Origin: an uncultured Nitrospiraceae bacterium
GTDB lineage: Bacteria > Nitrospirota > Nitrospiria > Nitrospirales > Nitrospiraceae
NCBI GenBank assembly: GCA_963846575.1
Contig: CAWJWJ010000002.1
Coordinates: 3,410 to 67,409 of the forward strand
DNA: 64,000 nt
Reading direction: 5' to 3'
Below, in pieces: positions 8,955 through 19,251 of the stretch (position 1 is its first letter; each line of letters starts with the position of its first letter). The notes beneath the pieces are model-generated. The model saw nothing but the letters and a program-made list of their open reading frames with translations, was not told the DNA's origin and did no database searches. The translations under genes and the position numbers were made by a program.

Positions 8955-11900
8955 GCCGCGGTCTCCTTCGCGATCTCGCTTCGAAAAAGTGCGCAGGCAG
9001 CGAGGTACTCGGATTCCAGGTGAGCAAGAATGCGATCGGCCTCAATTAGTGTCTTGCGGCTGCCCATACCTTCTAATTCCTGACAGCGCGCAGCTACTGC
9101 GATAGCTCCGAGTTGGGCACTGCTCGATTTAAGCCGGTGTGCGATGGCCTGAACCGCTGCTGGGTTGTTCGCACGAATGGCGTCGCGGAGAGCATCCAGA
9201 CTCCCCCTGGAGTAATCAAGATACTTTCGCAACACGGCGGCCAATACACTGGGCCGGTTGGGGCGTTGTAATGCTCGGATATCGGCCAGGGCCTTGAGAT
9301 TGACGGCGGAGGGAACGGGGGTGGCCTCCACGGGCGGTTCGGTCGACAGGTCGGCCGCGTGGAGTCTAGAGGACATGTCAGGGGAGGATGCGTCAGATAC
9401 TGTCGCACGGTCGCCCGAAAGCCCTCTGGGCAACCATTTCACCACTACATCCCGCAATTGCATCTGGGAATAGGGTTTGGTCAGGTAATCATCCATGCCG
9501 GCCGCGAGGCATTGATCCCGGTCTCCTTGCATGGCATGCGCCGTCAACGCGATAATGGGCAACCGGCGTCGACCCGAGGATACTTCCTGTTGGCGGATTT
9601 TTTCGGTTGCCGTCAGGCCATCCATGCCAGGCATCTGGCAGTCCATCAAAATCAGATCGATATAATTTCCGCCGGCGGCCAACAAAGCCTGCTGCCCATT
9701 TTCTGCGAGCTCGACTTCATACCCGAGTAATTCCAGCATGCCAACTGCAACTTCTCGATTGACGGGACTGTCCTCAGCCAGGAGAATCCGTCTGCCGCCC
9801 GCCTGGGTCGTGCTGCCACGCGAGATGGATGTTGCGGTACACGTCGGTTCTCCAGCGGTCTGTCCCGAGGGCGGTAAGGGGGGATCCAGTCGTGGGCCGG
9901 GTGCGAAGTCGAGGGGGATGGTGTTTACGAAAGCCTGGCGGTCGAGCCAAGCCGTAAAGGAGAAGGTCGAGCCGCGCCCGGGAATACTGTCCACGGTAAT
10001 GGTTCCACCCATGAGGGTGACTAATTGTTTGACAATCGAGAGTCCCAGACCGGTGCCGCCGTATCGTCGGGTCGTTGAGCCATCGGCTTGTGAAAATGCA
10101 TCGAAAATGCGTGCTTTGGCCGCTGGGGGGATACCGATGCCACTGTCGGTCACGGCAATTCTAAGGAGCACCCGGCTTGCCGCGCTTTGCACTAAATCGG
10201 TGGTCAACGAGACTGTGCCGGTATCGGTAAATTTAATCGCATTGCTCAAAAGATTCATGAGAATCTGCCGGAGGCGCACCGGGTCACCCTTGAGATAGTG
10301 AGGCACTCCTTCGCCGGTGTGTTGAATCAGTTGAAGTGGCTTGCGTCGCGCCGCCTCGACGAATAGCTCAAGCGATTCCGACAGCACCTGCGATAGATCA
10401 AAACAGACAGATTCCAATTCCAGTTTGCCTGCTTCGATCTTCGAAAAGTCGAGAATGTCGTTGATGATCGCGAGAAGGGTTCGGCCAGACCGGTGCACGG
10501 TCGAAGCGAGATGCCTCTGCTTATCCGTGAGTTCGCTGTTTAACAATATTTCTGTCGTACCCAGCACGCCATTCATCGGAGTGCGAATTTCATGGCTCAT
10601 ATTGGCCAGAAATTCGCTCTTGGCTTTGCTGGCGGCTTCGGCCGCCTCTTTTGCCGCCCGAAGTTCTTGCTCGGTGTGTTTGCGGTCGGTGGTATCGATG
10701 TGGATGCCGACCATACGGGACGCGACGCCGGACGAACTGCGAAGGACAGTACCTCGTGACAAAATCCACCGATAGGATCCGTCCCGATGTCGAAGGCGGT
10801 GCTCACACTCAAACTGTTGCTGCCCGCCGTGAAGGCAAGCCTCAAGGGATTCGAGTGTTCGTTGTCGATCATCCTCATGAATTCGGGAGCGCCAGCTATC
10901 CAATTCATTGGCAAGGGTGGTCTCGTCAAACCCGAGATGATGTTTCCACTGCGGGGAGAGATAGACGGAGTTCGAGATAAGATTCCAGTCCCAGATCCCG
11001 ATGTGTGAGCCTTGCACCGTCATGGCCAACCGCTCTTCGCTTGTACGAAGGGCCTCTTCGGCCCGTTTCCGTTCCGTAATATCCACGACGAAGGCCGTGA
11101 AGGTGTAGGAATTCTCGATGTGTAGGGGGGTAACGGCCAACTCGATGGGGAACTCAGTACCATCGCGTCTTAAGGCGGTAATTTCAATCCGTTTATTCAG
11201 AATTGGGCCGTGGCCGGATTTCAGAAACTCCGCCAGTCCGCGCTGATGATCCCCACGATGGTCGGGAGGCATGATGAGGTCCACCATTCTGCAGCCGATG
11301 GCTTCGTGGCGTTGCCATCCGAATATGTGTTCGGCCTGCGCATTCCAATCTATGATCTCGCCCCTGTCGTCCATCCCGATGACCCCGCTGATGGCCGTGT
11401 CGATAATCAGCCGGGTACGACCCTCATTCTTGCGCAAGGCACGCTCAGCTTGGAGACGCTCCGCCGCTTCCAGGGCAAGGCAGACCAGTGAGGCGACGGC
11501 GGCGCTGAATTGCTGCTCTTCAAGCATCCAGGAGCGGGGTGCACCGGAATGTTCATGGCACAGTACGCCCACCAGTTTTCCCTTAAAGCGGATCGGGACG
11601 TCCAGCATGGCACGGATTCCGTTGGGGATCAGGTAGGTGTTCGCGAACTCGGCCGTGCGCGGGTCGGCAGTGGCATCGGCGGCATCAATGATGATGTGAG
11701 ATCCCAGCTCCCGAAAGTAATTGGGGTAGGTGTCCGCATGCATTTCCATGCCGGAGGAATGTGAGTCGCTAGACGACTCATACAGGTCTTTGCACTGCAG
11801 CACGCTGGAATCCCCGTTCAGGAACCAGATACCGGCTCGGCTCACGTTGAGGGTCTTGGCAGCGGTATGAGTAATTTCTTTCAGTGCATGTTCGAGCAAG

Positions 11901-12589
11901 CCACTTTGGAGAATGGTGTTGCGCGTCAGGTCTAGCAAGGCGGCTTGGTGCCGCCTCAGCATCTGTTCGGTCTCGTGGCGGATGGAGTCAGAGTATTTAC
12001 GCTCGCTAATGTCTCGAAACACGAGTACGGCGCCCGCCACACGGTTCTCCCGAACGATCGGAGCCAGAACATAGGAGACCGGAAACGCGCGTCCGCTGTG
12101 TGTGGTGAGCAATCCATCATCAGTTCGAAAGGTGTCCCCCTGGGCAGTTTCTTCCAAGAGGATTTGAGTGAAGATGGGCTCCGTGAGGGTGGTTCCAGAG
12201 GACAGAGAAATTAGGGTGGGGAGCGGACGGCCGACCACCTCCGTTTCACTGCAAGCCCAGAGGCGTTGGCCGGCCGGATTGAGTAACAGGACGTTCCAAT
12301 TCTGGTCCACCACACAGAGGCCATCGCCGATGGAACGTATCACCGTGTGGAGTTTGTCCCGCTCTTCGGTCAACCGGCTCTCGGAAGTCCGGCGCAGTTG
12401 CTCGTTCAAGGCCAGCATTTCGGTGGAAGAGAGCGCGATGGAACGTTCCAGGAGTTCATGCCCCTGATCTGATTCGACGTAGCTCTGGCTGACCCGCGCG
12501 AGAAGTTGCTGCCAACTCTCCGGAGATGGAGGTACGGTGGAGGGCTCCAGTCCCAGGCGTTTGAGTTGTCGTGTGAGCAGGGGATGCAT
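8951..12589 (-). CDS. Cytoplasmic hybrid histidine kinase (N-terminal domain-PAS-GAF-PAS-PAS-HisKA-HATPase-REC-HPt)
   Basis: PAS repeats; GAF ([21 protein letters not shown]); SHEIRTP; LMDCQMP; HPt AHRLKSSS; 4-bp overlap with the downstream gene. Confidence 0.93.
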   Translation of the reverse strand: MHPLLTRQLKRLGLEPSTVPPSPESWQQLLARVSQSYVESDQGHELLERSIALSSTEMLALNEQLRRTSESRLTEERDKLHTVIRSIGDGLCVVDQNWNVLLLNPAGQRLWACSETEVVGRPLPTLISLSSGTTLTEPIFTQILLEETAQGDTFRTDDGLLTTHSGRAFPVSYVLAPIVRENRVAGAVLVFRDISERKYSDSIRHETEQMLRRHQAALLDLTRNTILQSGLLEHALKEITHTAAKTLNVSRAGIWFLNGDSSVLQCKDLYESSSDSHSSGMEMHADTYPNYFRELGSHIIIDAADATADPRTAEFANTYLIPNGIRAMLDVPIRFKGKLVGVLCHEHSGAPRSWMLEEQQFSAAVASLVCLALEAAERLQAERALRKNEGRTRLIIDTAISGVIGMDDRGEIIDWNAQAEHIFGWQRHEAIGCRMVDLIMPPDHRGDHQRGLAEFLKSGHGPILNKRIEITALRRDGTEFPIELAVTPLHIENSYTFTAFVVDITERKRAEEALRTSEERLAMTVQGSHIGIWDWNLISNSVYLSPQWKHHLGFDETTLANELDSWRSRIHEDDRQRTLESLEACLHGGQQQFECEHRLRHRDGSYRWILSRGTVLRSSSGVASRMVGIHIDTTDRKHTEQELRAAKEAAEAASKAKSEFLANMSHEIRTPMNGVLGTTEILLNSELTDKQRHLASTVHRSGRTLLAIINDILDFSKIEAGKLELESVCFDLSQVLSESLELFVEAARRKPLQLIQHTGEGVPHYLKGDPVRLRQILMNLLSNAIKFTDTGTVSLTTDLVQSAASRVLLRIAVTDSGIGIPPAAKARIFDAFSQADGSTTRRYGGTGLGLSIVKQLVTLMGGTITVDSIPGRGSTFSFTAWLDRQAFVNTIPLDFAPGPRLDPPLPPSGQTAGEPTCTATSISRGSTTQAGGRRILLAEDSPVNREVAVGMLELLGYEVELAENGQQALLAAGGNYIDLILMDCQMPGMDGLTATEKIRQQEVSSGRRRLPIIALTAHAMQGDRDQCLAAGMDDYLTKPYSQMQLRDVVVKWLPRGLSGDRATVSDASSPDMSSRLHAADLSTEPPVEATPVPSAVNLKALADIRALQRPNRPSVLAAVLRKYLDYSRGSLDALRDAIRANNPAAVQAIAHRLKSSSAQLGAIAVAARCQELEGMGSRKTLIEADRILAHLESEYLAACALFRSEIAKETAA

Positions 12590-12594
12590 AGGGG

Positions 12595-13746
12595 CTACGT
12601 TTCGTTAATGGTTGTCATCGTCATGGTCTGGTTGTGAAGATCGCAGGCCCCGCTCTTAGAGGATGAAATCTCACCATAGGAATAGAATCCGATCTGCCGG
12701 CTGCCTGGCGGAAGCATCTCCATGGTGGCTTCGGTCTCTTCCTCTGTTCGTTCTCCCAGTACCAACCGGCGCCCGACAGAACTGATGGCGATGGAGAGTC
12801 TGGAGGTGGCCTGCGCACTGGTTGCGTGGCCATCCGCCGTGAGCATCGCGGCATCGGAGGCGCCCTGGATCAAGCGGTCGAAATTCGCGCGCATCAGTTG
12901 CGCGTACATGCCTTGCGGAATGTCTCCCGCAAAAGTCAGCGATTGAGCGTCTTCGTCCACGGCCAGGATGGTACGGACCAGATTTTTCCCCTCCGAAAGC
13001 GAACCTCTTATCGCGAGCGGGAATAACAAACCCGTCGCGGGCAGGCCGGCCGCTCGTTCCCCGAGATACTCTTTGTACAGGTGCAAGGCCGGTCGCCCGT
13101 CCAATTCATACAGCACATGCCCGTTTGATCTGGTGACCAGGCGTTCCGGGCCGAACTTATCCCAACCGCCTCGGGAGCCGGTTCCAATGCGCACATAGTC
13201 GCCATAGAGGCCAGCGGCGATGACATAGCCACTCTGTGGGGCGCGATCTTTCAGGACCCACGTTCGCTTGAAGTGTGTTCCATCGCCGGCCAGACCTCCG
13301 GTGATGACCACCGGCAAACCGCCGATGGTGTCGTTTAGGCCCTTGACCAGTTCGCTGCCGTTCACATGCAGACCATCCGACAAGACTAGAATGGCCCGGA
13401 GTGATGGCCGTGCCAACTGGGAACCGATCGCCACTCCGGCAGAGTAGGAATTTTCAGAATCGTGCACGGCAGCTTGTGCCGTATGCACGGCAGTGTGGTG
13501 GAACCGCATGGAGGCAGCCACCAGGGTGTCATCCGAGATTTCACTGCCGTGAATTTCTCCGGCGGTGGAGCATCCGATGACATGACTTTGAGGGCAGGCG
13601 TCGAGGACCCGGCGGATGCGCTCAGGTTCGTCGATGAGACCCGGCGATCCGAACAGCACCAGGAGAGTGTCCGGCGAGTCCAATGCGGCGAATGACGACG
13701 GTGACCAGTAACCGTCGGCCTTGATACTGGTTGTCGCCAGTTGCAT
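12595..13746 (-). CDS. FIST N+C domain sensor protein (NosP-like)
   Basis: IGCSTAGEI, LSDGL..NG, GGLAGD, YELDG.PAL.LY..YLG, GFYSYGEI...LHNQT. Confidence 0.9.
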   Translation of the reverse strand: MQLATTSIKADGYWSPSSFAALDSPDTLLVLFGSPGLIDEPERIRRVLDACPQSHVIGCSTAGEIHGSEISDDTLVAASMRFHHTAVHTAQAAVHDSENSYSAGVAIGSQLARPSLRAILVLSDGLHVNGSELVKGLNDTIGGLPVVITGGLAGDGTHFKRTWVLKDRAPQSGYVIAAGLYGDYVRIGTGSRGGWDKFGPERLVTRSNGHVLYELDGRPALHLYKEYLGERAAGLPATGLLFPLAIRGSLSEGKNLVRTILAVDEDAQSLTFAGDIPQGMYAQLMRANFDRLIQGASDAAMLTADGHATSAQATSRLSIAISSVGRRLVLGERTEEETEATMEMLPPGSRQIGFYSYGEISSSKSGACDLHNQTMTMTTINET

Positions 13747-13953
13747 GACGCATCCCCCTCATGTACTCACTGCGGGGTTCATCTCCCGCATCTTGGTGAT
13801 GATCCGTCCTTCATACGATCAGGCGAGATTGCAGTAAGACGCCAGGGTTCGTTTTGATCAGCTCACTCCCGGATGCCGTATCTTTTCCTGCTTAGAAGAG
13901 CATCGATTGCAGTATTCCGATCTCGTCGTCGTGACGGTATTGGTGTCCCATTT

Positions 13954-13981
13954 ATATCGGCAGTAAGAGTAGGAAACTAAA
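13954..13981 (-). promoter_or_regulatory. Putative sigma28 (FliA)-type promoter of the FIST operon
   Basis: TTTAG-N15-GCCGATAT on the minus strand. Confidence 0.65.
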
Positions 13982-14114
13982 AAGAACTGATCGTAATTAG
14001 GCACCGTGGTTAACGCTCTAAGGATGTTCACGGTTTCCATTCAGCAGGCGCGGAACATCTGCTAAGTGTCTCCGCCGGCTGGATCCGGCAGAGCCGGTCA
14101 GACCTTGCTCGCAG

Positions 14115-17081
14115 TTACGTGTTCGAGCGCGTCCGCAATTCCAACTCCATCATTTGGCACGCCTTTTGGTGCGTGTGAATGAGTTGTTCGAGGAGCATAT
14201 CGGCCGAGTCGAATGCCTCCGAGCGTCCGAGCGTTTCCAATTTCCGGCAATGAGCGGCGGTGGCCAATGCACCTAACTGGGCACTGCTCGATTGCAACCG
14301 GTGAGCTGCATGGTGAAGCACCACTGGATCGCGACTCCGAACTGCCTGACTGATCTGCCCCACGAGCGCTCGGGAATCTTCCAGGTACTTAGCCAGCACC
14401 GTGGCTAGGATGCCGGGATGTCCCGGCCGCTGGAGCGCAACGATCGCCTTCCAAGCGTATGTATCGACATCAGGCGGGGCCGGCAGTGGCGGGGGGCAGC
14501 CCGGGCCTTGCGATAGCTCGCCAATGGAGGAGCGATGGGGTCGGTCGAGAAAACGCGTGAGGATGCGCTGGAGGTGGTCCTGCGTATAGGGTTTGGGCAA
14601 GTAGTCGTCCATGCCTACGGCTAAACACCGGTCGCGGTCGCCTTCCATGGCATCTGCGGTCAGTGCCACAATGGGCGTTCGTGGTCGGTTGAGTGTGGTC
14701 TGTTCATATCGGCGAATTGCCTCGGTAGCGGCAAAGCCGTCCATTTCCGGCATGTGGCAGTCCATCAAGATCAGGTCATAAGAGGTCAGAATGGCCGCGT
14801 CGAGCGCGAATCGCCCGTTGCCAACCACGTCGACGTGACAGCCGAATAGTTCCAGCATGCCGGTCGCCACTTCCTGATTGACGGGGTTATCCTCGGCGAG
14901 GAGGACTCTTTTATTGAGCGGTGAAGGATGGTGAGGAGTGACTGCGGGCGAAGACTCTGTTCCGGCCAGCTCTTTGGCGTACTCTCTGCGTTTGAGCACC
15001 ATCAAGACTTCGCGAAGGACCGACTGCCGAACAGGTTTGGAGAGCCATCGCCAAATATGAGCTTCTTCGGCGAGCCGTTGGTCATAGTTGACCGAACTCA
15101 ACATGAGGATGCGGAGCGACCGGAGGCATGGGTCTGCGTGGATCGCATGCGCAACTGCTAAGCCATCCATCTCCGGCATATGCATATCGAGAACGACAAG
15201 ATCGTAGGGAGCGCGTTCTGTGACGGCTTGTGCGAGTAAAGACAGTCCCCGGGGGCCGGAATCGGCGGATGCATGGGTGGCTCCCCACTGGGACAACTGC
15301 TCTTCGAGGATGAGCCGATTAGTTTCATTGTCGTCAATGATCAGGATGCGGAGTCCGCATAAGTCTTGCACCGGCGAAGGGGAGGAATCCGGCACGAGGG
15401 ATTGTTTCTCAAATTGGGCGGTGAACCAAAACGTGGACCCTTGTCCCGGGATGCTCTCGATCCCGATGGTACCCTGCATCAATACGGTCAAGTGCTTGCA
15501 AATGGCGAGGCCCAGGCCGGTGCCGCCGAATCGTCGGGTGGTCGAGCCATCAGCCTGGGAGAATGCTTGGAATAAACGTTGTTGGGTCGCGAGGGGAATC
15601 CCCTCACCGGTATCAGACACGCGGACCTGCAGCGACACGGTCTTGGCTGTTTCAGTCAGCGTGTTAATCAGCACGCTGACATGGCCCTGTGCGGTGAATT
15701 TTATCGCATTGCCGACCAGATTCAGGATGATTTGACGCAGCCGTACGGGGTCGCCGAGGAGATCCGTACGGCAGCTCTGGTGGATGTGATAAATCAGCTC
15801 GAGCCCTTTGCGTTGGGCAGGCTCCGCCATCAACTCCAGGGCTTCTTCGATCGTCTGCCGGAGATCGAACTCAATCAACTCCAACTCCAGCTTGCCCGCT
15901 TCGATTTTAGAGAAATCCAGAATGTCGTTGATAATCTGCAGCAGTGCCGTCCCGGAACGATACACGGTACCGGCCAGGTGCCTCTGTTTCGGCGTAAGAT
16001 CCGTAGAGAGCAGCAAATCGGTCATCCCGAGCACACCGTTCATCGGGGTTCGGATTTCGTGGCTCATATTTGCCAGAAATTGAGACTTCGCCTGGCTGGC
16101 GGCCTCGGCGACCTCTTTGGCACGGTAGAGCATCGCTTCTTGTTTTTTTCGTTCCGAGATGTCCCGGATAAATATGGAGAGATGTGGAACTCCACCCAAA
16201 ATGATGCAACTCATGGCCAATTCCACAGGAAACGCGTTGCCCCTGCGGGTGTTAGCGACCATTTCCATGCGGCGATTCGGGACGGCCCAGGGGATGGAGG
16301 TTGGGTGCGGGGTTACCGGATCCGCTGAAGACGTGTTGGTCAAGGTGGGAAGGTAGGTGCTCACCAAAGTCCCGATGGCCTCGGCTCGGGCGACTTCGAA
16401 CATTCTTTCCGCCTGAGCATTCCACTCTGTAATGATTCCTCCCGCATCGGTCGTGACAACGGCGTCGAGGGCTGTCTCGATGACCATGCCCATGCGTGTC
16501 CGGGTTTCACTTTCGATTGCCGCTGTTTGCGCGATCTCACTGACTCGCCAGAAGTAGGTGAGGGCGACGCATTCAGCCAGGATGAAGGTGCCATGGATCA
16601 GCGCCCAGTTCCACGGATGCGCTTGGCCGGAATCGTGGTTGTACACCATGGTCGGCATGAGCGTACCCATCAAGCCATGGTCGGCTATGATGAACAGGAT
16701 GCCGAACAGAAATGGGCCCCAGTCCTGGTACAACACAACAACGGCGATCATCACGAAAAAATGAAAATGCAGTTCGATGTACCCTCCGGACAGGTGCACC
16801 AGCATCGCAGATGCGGTCATCAGGCCGAAGGTGGCAACGACGGACTGGGTTCGGCAGTGGATGATCGATAGACGAGCCGTAAGGGCAAGCGAGGCCAGGA
16901 TGAGGCCCGCTCCGCCGCAGACGATGAGATCCGAGCCCATATAGGCCCCGAATAACGGAACCCCGAGGACATGGGACCACAGTACAAAGAGAATGCCCCG
17001 GTGGCGTGCGTTCCAGTCAGAGGTGCTGAGGGAACCGCCCCTGGGAAGGCATGACAGGATATATGACGAGCGAGTCGTCAT
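14115..17081 (-). CDS. Membrane hybrid histidine kinase (His-rich multi-TM sensor-PAS-HisKA-HATPase-REC-REC-HPt)
   Basis: About 6 hydrophobic segments including GYIELHFHFF; SHEIRTP; two receivers (VLDMHMP, LMDCHMP); HPt AHRLQSSS. Confidence 0.92.
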   Translation of the reverse strand: MTTRSSYILSCLPRGGSLSTSDWNARHRGILFVLWSHVLGVPLFGAYMGSDLIVCGGAGLILASLALTARLSIIHCRTQSVVATFGLMTASAMLVHLSGGYIELHFHFFVMIAVVVLYQDWGPFLFGILFIIADHGLMGTLMPTMVYNHDSGQAHPWNWALIHGTFILAECVALTYFWRVSEIAQTAAIESETRTRMGMVIETALDAVVTTDAGGIITEWNAQAERMFEVARAEAIGTLVSTYLPTLTNTSSADPVTPHPTSIPWAVPNRRMEMVANTRRGNAFPVELAMSCIILGGVPHLSIFIRDISERKKQEAMLYRAKEVAEAASQAKSQFLANMSHEIRTPMNGVLGMTDLLLSTDLTPKQRHLAGTVYRSGTALLQIINDILDFSKIEAGKLELELIEFDLRQTIEEALELMAEPAQRKGLELIYHIHQSCRTDLLGDPVRLRQIILNLVGNAIKFTAQGHVSVLINTLTETAKTVSLQVRVSDTGEGIPLATQQRLFQAFSQADGSTTRRFGGTGLGLAICKHLTVLMQGTIGIESIPGQGSTFWFTAQFEKQSLVPDSSPSPVQDLCGLRILIIDDNETNRLILEEQLSQWGATHASADSGPRGLSLLAQAVTERAPYDLVVLDMHMPEMDGLAVAHAIHADPCLRSLRILMLSSVNYDQRLAEEAHIWRWLSKPVRQSVLREVLMVLKRREYAKELAGTESSPAVTPHHPSPLNKRVLLAEDNPVNQEVATGMLELFGCHVDVVGNGRFALDAAILTSYDLILMDCHMPEMDGFAATEAIRRYEQTTLNRPRTPIVALTADAMEGDRDRCLAVGMDDYLPKPYTQDHLQRILTRFLDRPHRSSIGELSQGPGCPPPLPAPPDVDTYAWKAIVALQRPGHPGILATVLAKYLEDSRALVGQISQAVRSRDPVVLHHAAHRLQSSSAQLGALATAAHCRKLETLGRSEAFDSADMLLEQLIHTHQKACQMMELELRTRSNT

Positions 17082-17145
17082 GACGACTAACCTTTGTGAT
17101 GGCCTGTTGGAGCTTCGCCGAACGTGACGTAGCCTCGGCCTACCT

Positions 17146-17173
17146 GTATCGGCAGAAAGGTCGTGCAGCTAAA
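17146..17173 (-). promoter_or_regulatory. Putative sigma28 (FliA)-type promoter
   Basis: TTTAG-N15-GCCGATAC on the minus strand, 64 nt upstream of ATG 17081. Confidence 0.62.
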
Positions 17174-17277
17174 TAGGCACGGAGGATGATGTCGTTGAAC
17201 ATCAGTTGCGGAGGGCACCCACAGGGATGGCCGGGTTGTCAGGCCTTGCTCGGGACAGGCAGGATATTTAAATTTCG

Positions 17278-17976
17278 CTAGTGGTGGTGATGCTGACACT
17301 CCGGACTATGCACATGTGACGGCTCCGGGGGCGGGGGTGTCAGTTGTCCGGGGAGCAGGATTCGTCCGACTTCGTGTTGCTTGCTCAAGTGTTCAGCGAT
17401 TTCGGGGTGGAATGTTTTGACGTAACCGATCATGCCGTTCAGGAAGCGGCGCGATTGGAAGTCCTGGCCTGAAAACTCCGAAATAAGTGCTACGGCTCGG
17501 TCCAGAAGTTCCGGGGCTGACCCCAGGTCAGCGATTTGTTGAGGGTTTTGCTTGGCGAATGTATCGTATTCTTTTTTCAGCCGTTCTGCGAAGACCGGCA
17601 TTGGGGCAGCCGGTATATGGAGAGGGCTCAAGGTGCGGCGTAGGGCCTGAATGGCTGCAATGACCTCGGCATCCTGGCCGTCCCGGCGATCGTGGAAGTA
17701 GCCGAACGTGACGACTTCGATCAGGTTGAACAGGGCGGCGGCCTTTTCACCTCCTGCAACGCTCAGCTGTCTGTATAATTCCCGGCGGACGGGGGCGAAC
17801 TGGTCGCCGAGTCGCTTCTGCTGATAGTCGCTGCCGGTTTCGAGGTAGGCACAGTCAGGAGGACAGGAAATTCTTGTCAGACGATGTTCTCCGCAACATT
17901 GACTGCAGATCAGCCCGTTGAGTGCCGGACAGGAGCGTTTCCCTTTGCGCCGGCCACAATACACGCACTGGCTCAT
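17278..17976 (-). CDS. Hypothetical protein with an 8-Cys N-terminal domain and a His-rich tail
   Basis: C4,C7,C16,C24,C27,C28,C38,C42; ends HVHSPECQHHHH; ATGA overlap with the upstream gene. Confidence 0.8.
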   Translation of the reverse strand: MSQCVYCGRRKGKRSCPALNGLICSQCCGEHRLTRISCPPDCAYLETGSDYQQKRLGDQFAPVRRELYRQLSVAGGEKAAALFNLIEVVTFGYFHDRRDGQDAEVIAAIQALRRTLSPLHIPAAPMPVFAERLKKEYDTFAKQNPQQIADLGSAPELLDRAVALISEFSGQDFQSRRFLNGMIGYVKTFHPEIAEHLSKQHEVGRILLPGQLTPPPPEPSHVHSPECQHHHH

Positions 17977-18965
17977 TTGGCGGGTGATCCTTTCTTGTCG
18001 GATTGCAGCGGTTCCACGAATCCATAGTCCGCGAGGGTGCGTTTTGCTCGATCAGCCGAGGATGAGGCCACAGGAGACTCGAGTCCATTGACCTCGGCGG
18101 CATTCGAGTCCTGATAGGGGACGAGAATTAAGTGGTTTGCGCGGTCAATGCCCAGATCCGTGGGAGAGGGGAGGTATTCCGCGATCACCTGAAACTTCTT
18201 GTTGGGACCCATCCGCCAGATCTTGCCTTTCGTCGCATCCGCCACATACATGCTGCCCCAGCGATCAAAATCCACTCCGCTCAGATTTTGAAAGCGGGCG
18301 GTAAAAAACCCGTTCGAGACGAGTTCCGTGAGGGCCCCTTCGGGAGTAATCTCAAAGATTTTCCCTGAATCGTAACTCACTACGACGATATGTCCGGTTC
18401 TGGGATGAACCGCGACGCCTGATGGTCCGGCCAAATGTTTGCCGGACACATAGGTCGTGAGGGTTTGTGAGGGTGTGAGGTCGAGCCGATACACCGTATT
18501 GCCGAGCTGGTCCGCAAGATACAGGTGACCGTGACCATCAGCGGCCACATCTACGAGGGACTGTGCCGATCCGGCATCGGCTGGACGCGGGAGCACGATC
18601 GTGGAGAGAGGCTTGCCCGTTGTCTTGTCGAAGGCACGCAGGCTGTCGAGATCTGTGACGTACAAGACCTGGTCGACGACCGCCATCCCTTTGGGTGCAT
18701 GAAGCGTCACACCGCCGCGGCCACCTTCAATGAACTTGAAGGCCGTAATGCGTCCGTCGTCGCTGAGTTTAGTGATGAATCCATTGTTGTCGCGGGCTTC
18801 GGTCTCTCCGTTGATGTTGGAGATAAAGTAGGAATTCGTCGTGGGGTCAGCGAGGAAGCTATGCGGAGATTCCAACCCGCTGACCTGAAGGGCCAGGGCG
18901 AATGAGCAGTGAAGGACCCATGCTATCGCCGTTCCCAGCGTCAGTTCGACGGTGCGACGGCCCAT
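17973..18965 (-). CDS. Secreted beta-propeller protein, SMP-30/gluconolactonase/NHL-like
   Basis: GLESPHS, PKGMA, GPSGVAV, LSGVDFD, SPTDLG blade repeats; signal-like N-terminus; start moved to ATG 18965 (19007 possible). Confidence 0.8.
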   Translation of the reverse strand: MGRRTVELTLGTAIAWVLHCSFALALQVSGLESPHSFLADPTTNSYFISNINGETEARDNNGFITKLSDDGRITAFKFIEGGRGGVTLHAPKGMAVVDQVLYVTDLDSLRAFDKTTGKPLSTIVLPRPADAGSAQSLVDVAADGHGHLYLADQLGNTVYRLDLTPSQTLTTYVSGKHLAGPSGVAVHPRTGHIVVVSYDSGKIFEITPEGALTELVSNGFFTARFQNLSGVDFDRWGSMYVADATKGKIWRMGPNKKFQVIAEYLPSPTDLGIDRANHLILVPYQDSNAAEVNGLESPVASSSADRAKRTLADYGFVEPLQSDKKGSPAK

Positions 18966-19180
18966 GGACCGTCTTGAGACCCTGTGAGGAATGGTATCGG
19001 AAATCATGCCAGAAGGTGTCGCACAGAGGATTGTGTATCTGTATCGTAGCCAAGGGTCTCGGACACTGTCAAGGAAGCGACGACACCAGGCATAGAAAAG
19101 GGCTTCCGCCTGGTGCAGCGAGGATGGATCCTTTCGTTCGAGCTCCTCATCAGGTGTCGGGCTCGGGAGCTCCTCGATCG

Positions 19181-19210
19181 TTGACTTGTTGAAAAATGGC
19201 CTGCTATGGT
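19181..19210 (+). promoter_or_regulatory. sigma70-type promoter of folD-metF-panB
   Basis: TTGACT-N18-TATGGT with extended -10 TGn. Confidence 0.55.
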
Positions 19211-19251
19211 GCCCTGAATTTTTCGCATAATCTCTGCTCAGGGAGGACATT

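Noticed and set aside
13781-13793. 13-mer ATCTCCCGCATCT repeated at 50762-50774
   Set aside because: Chance 13-mer matches are expected in 64 kb and the flanks do not align
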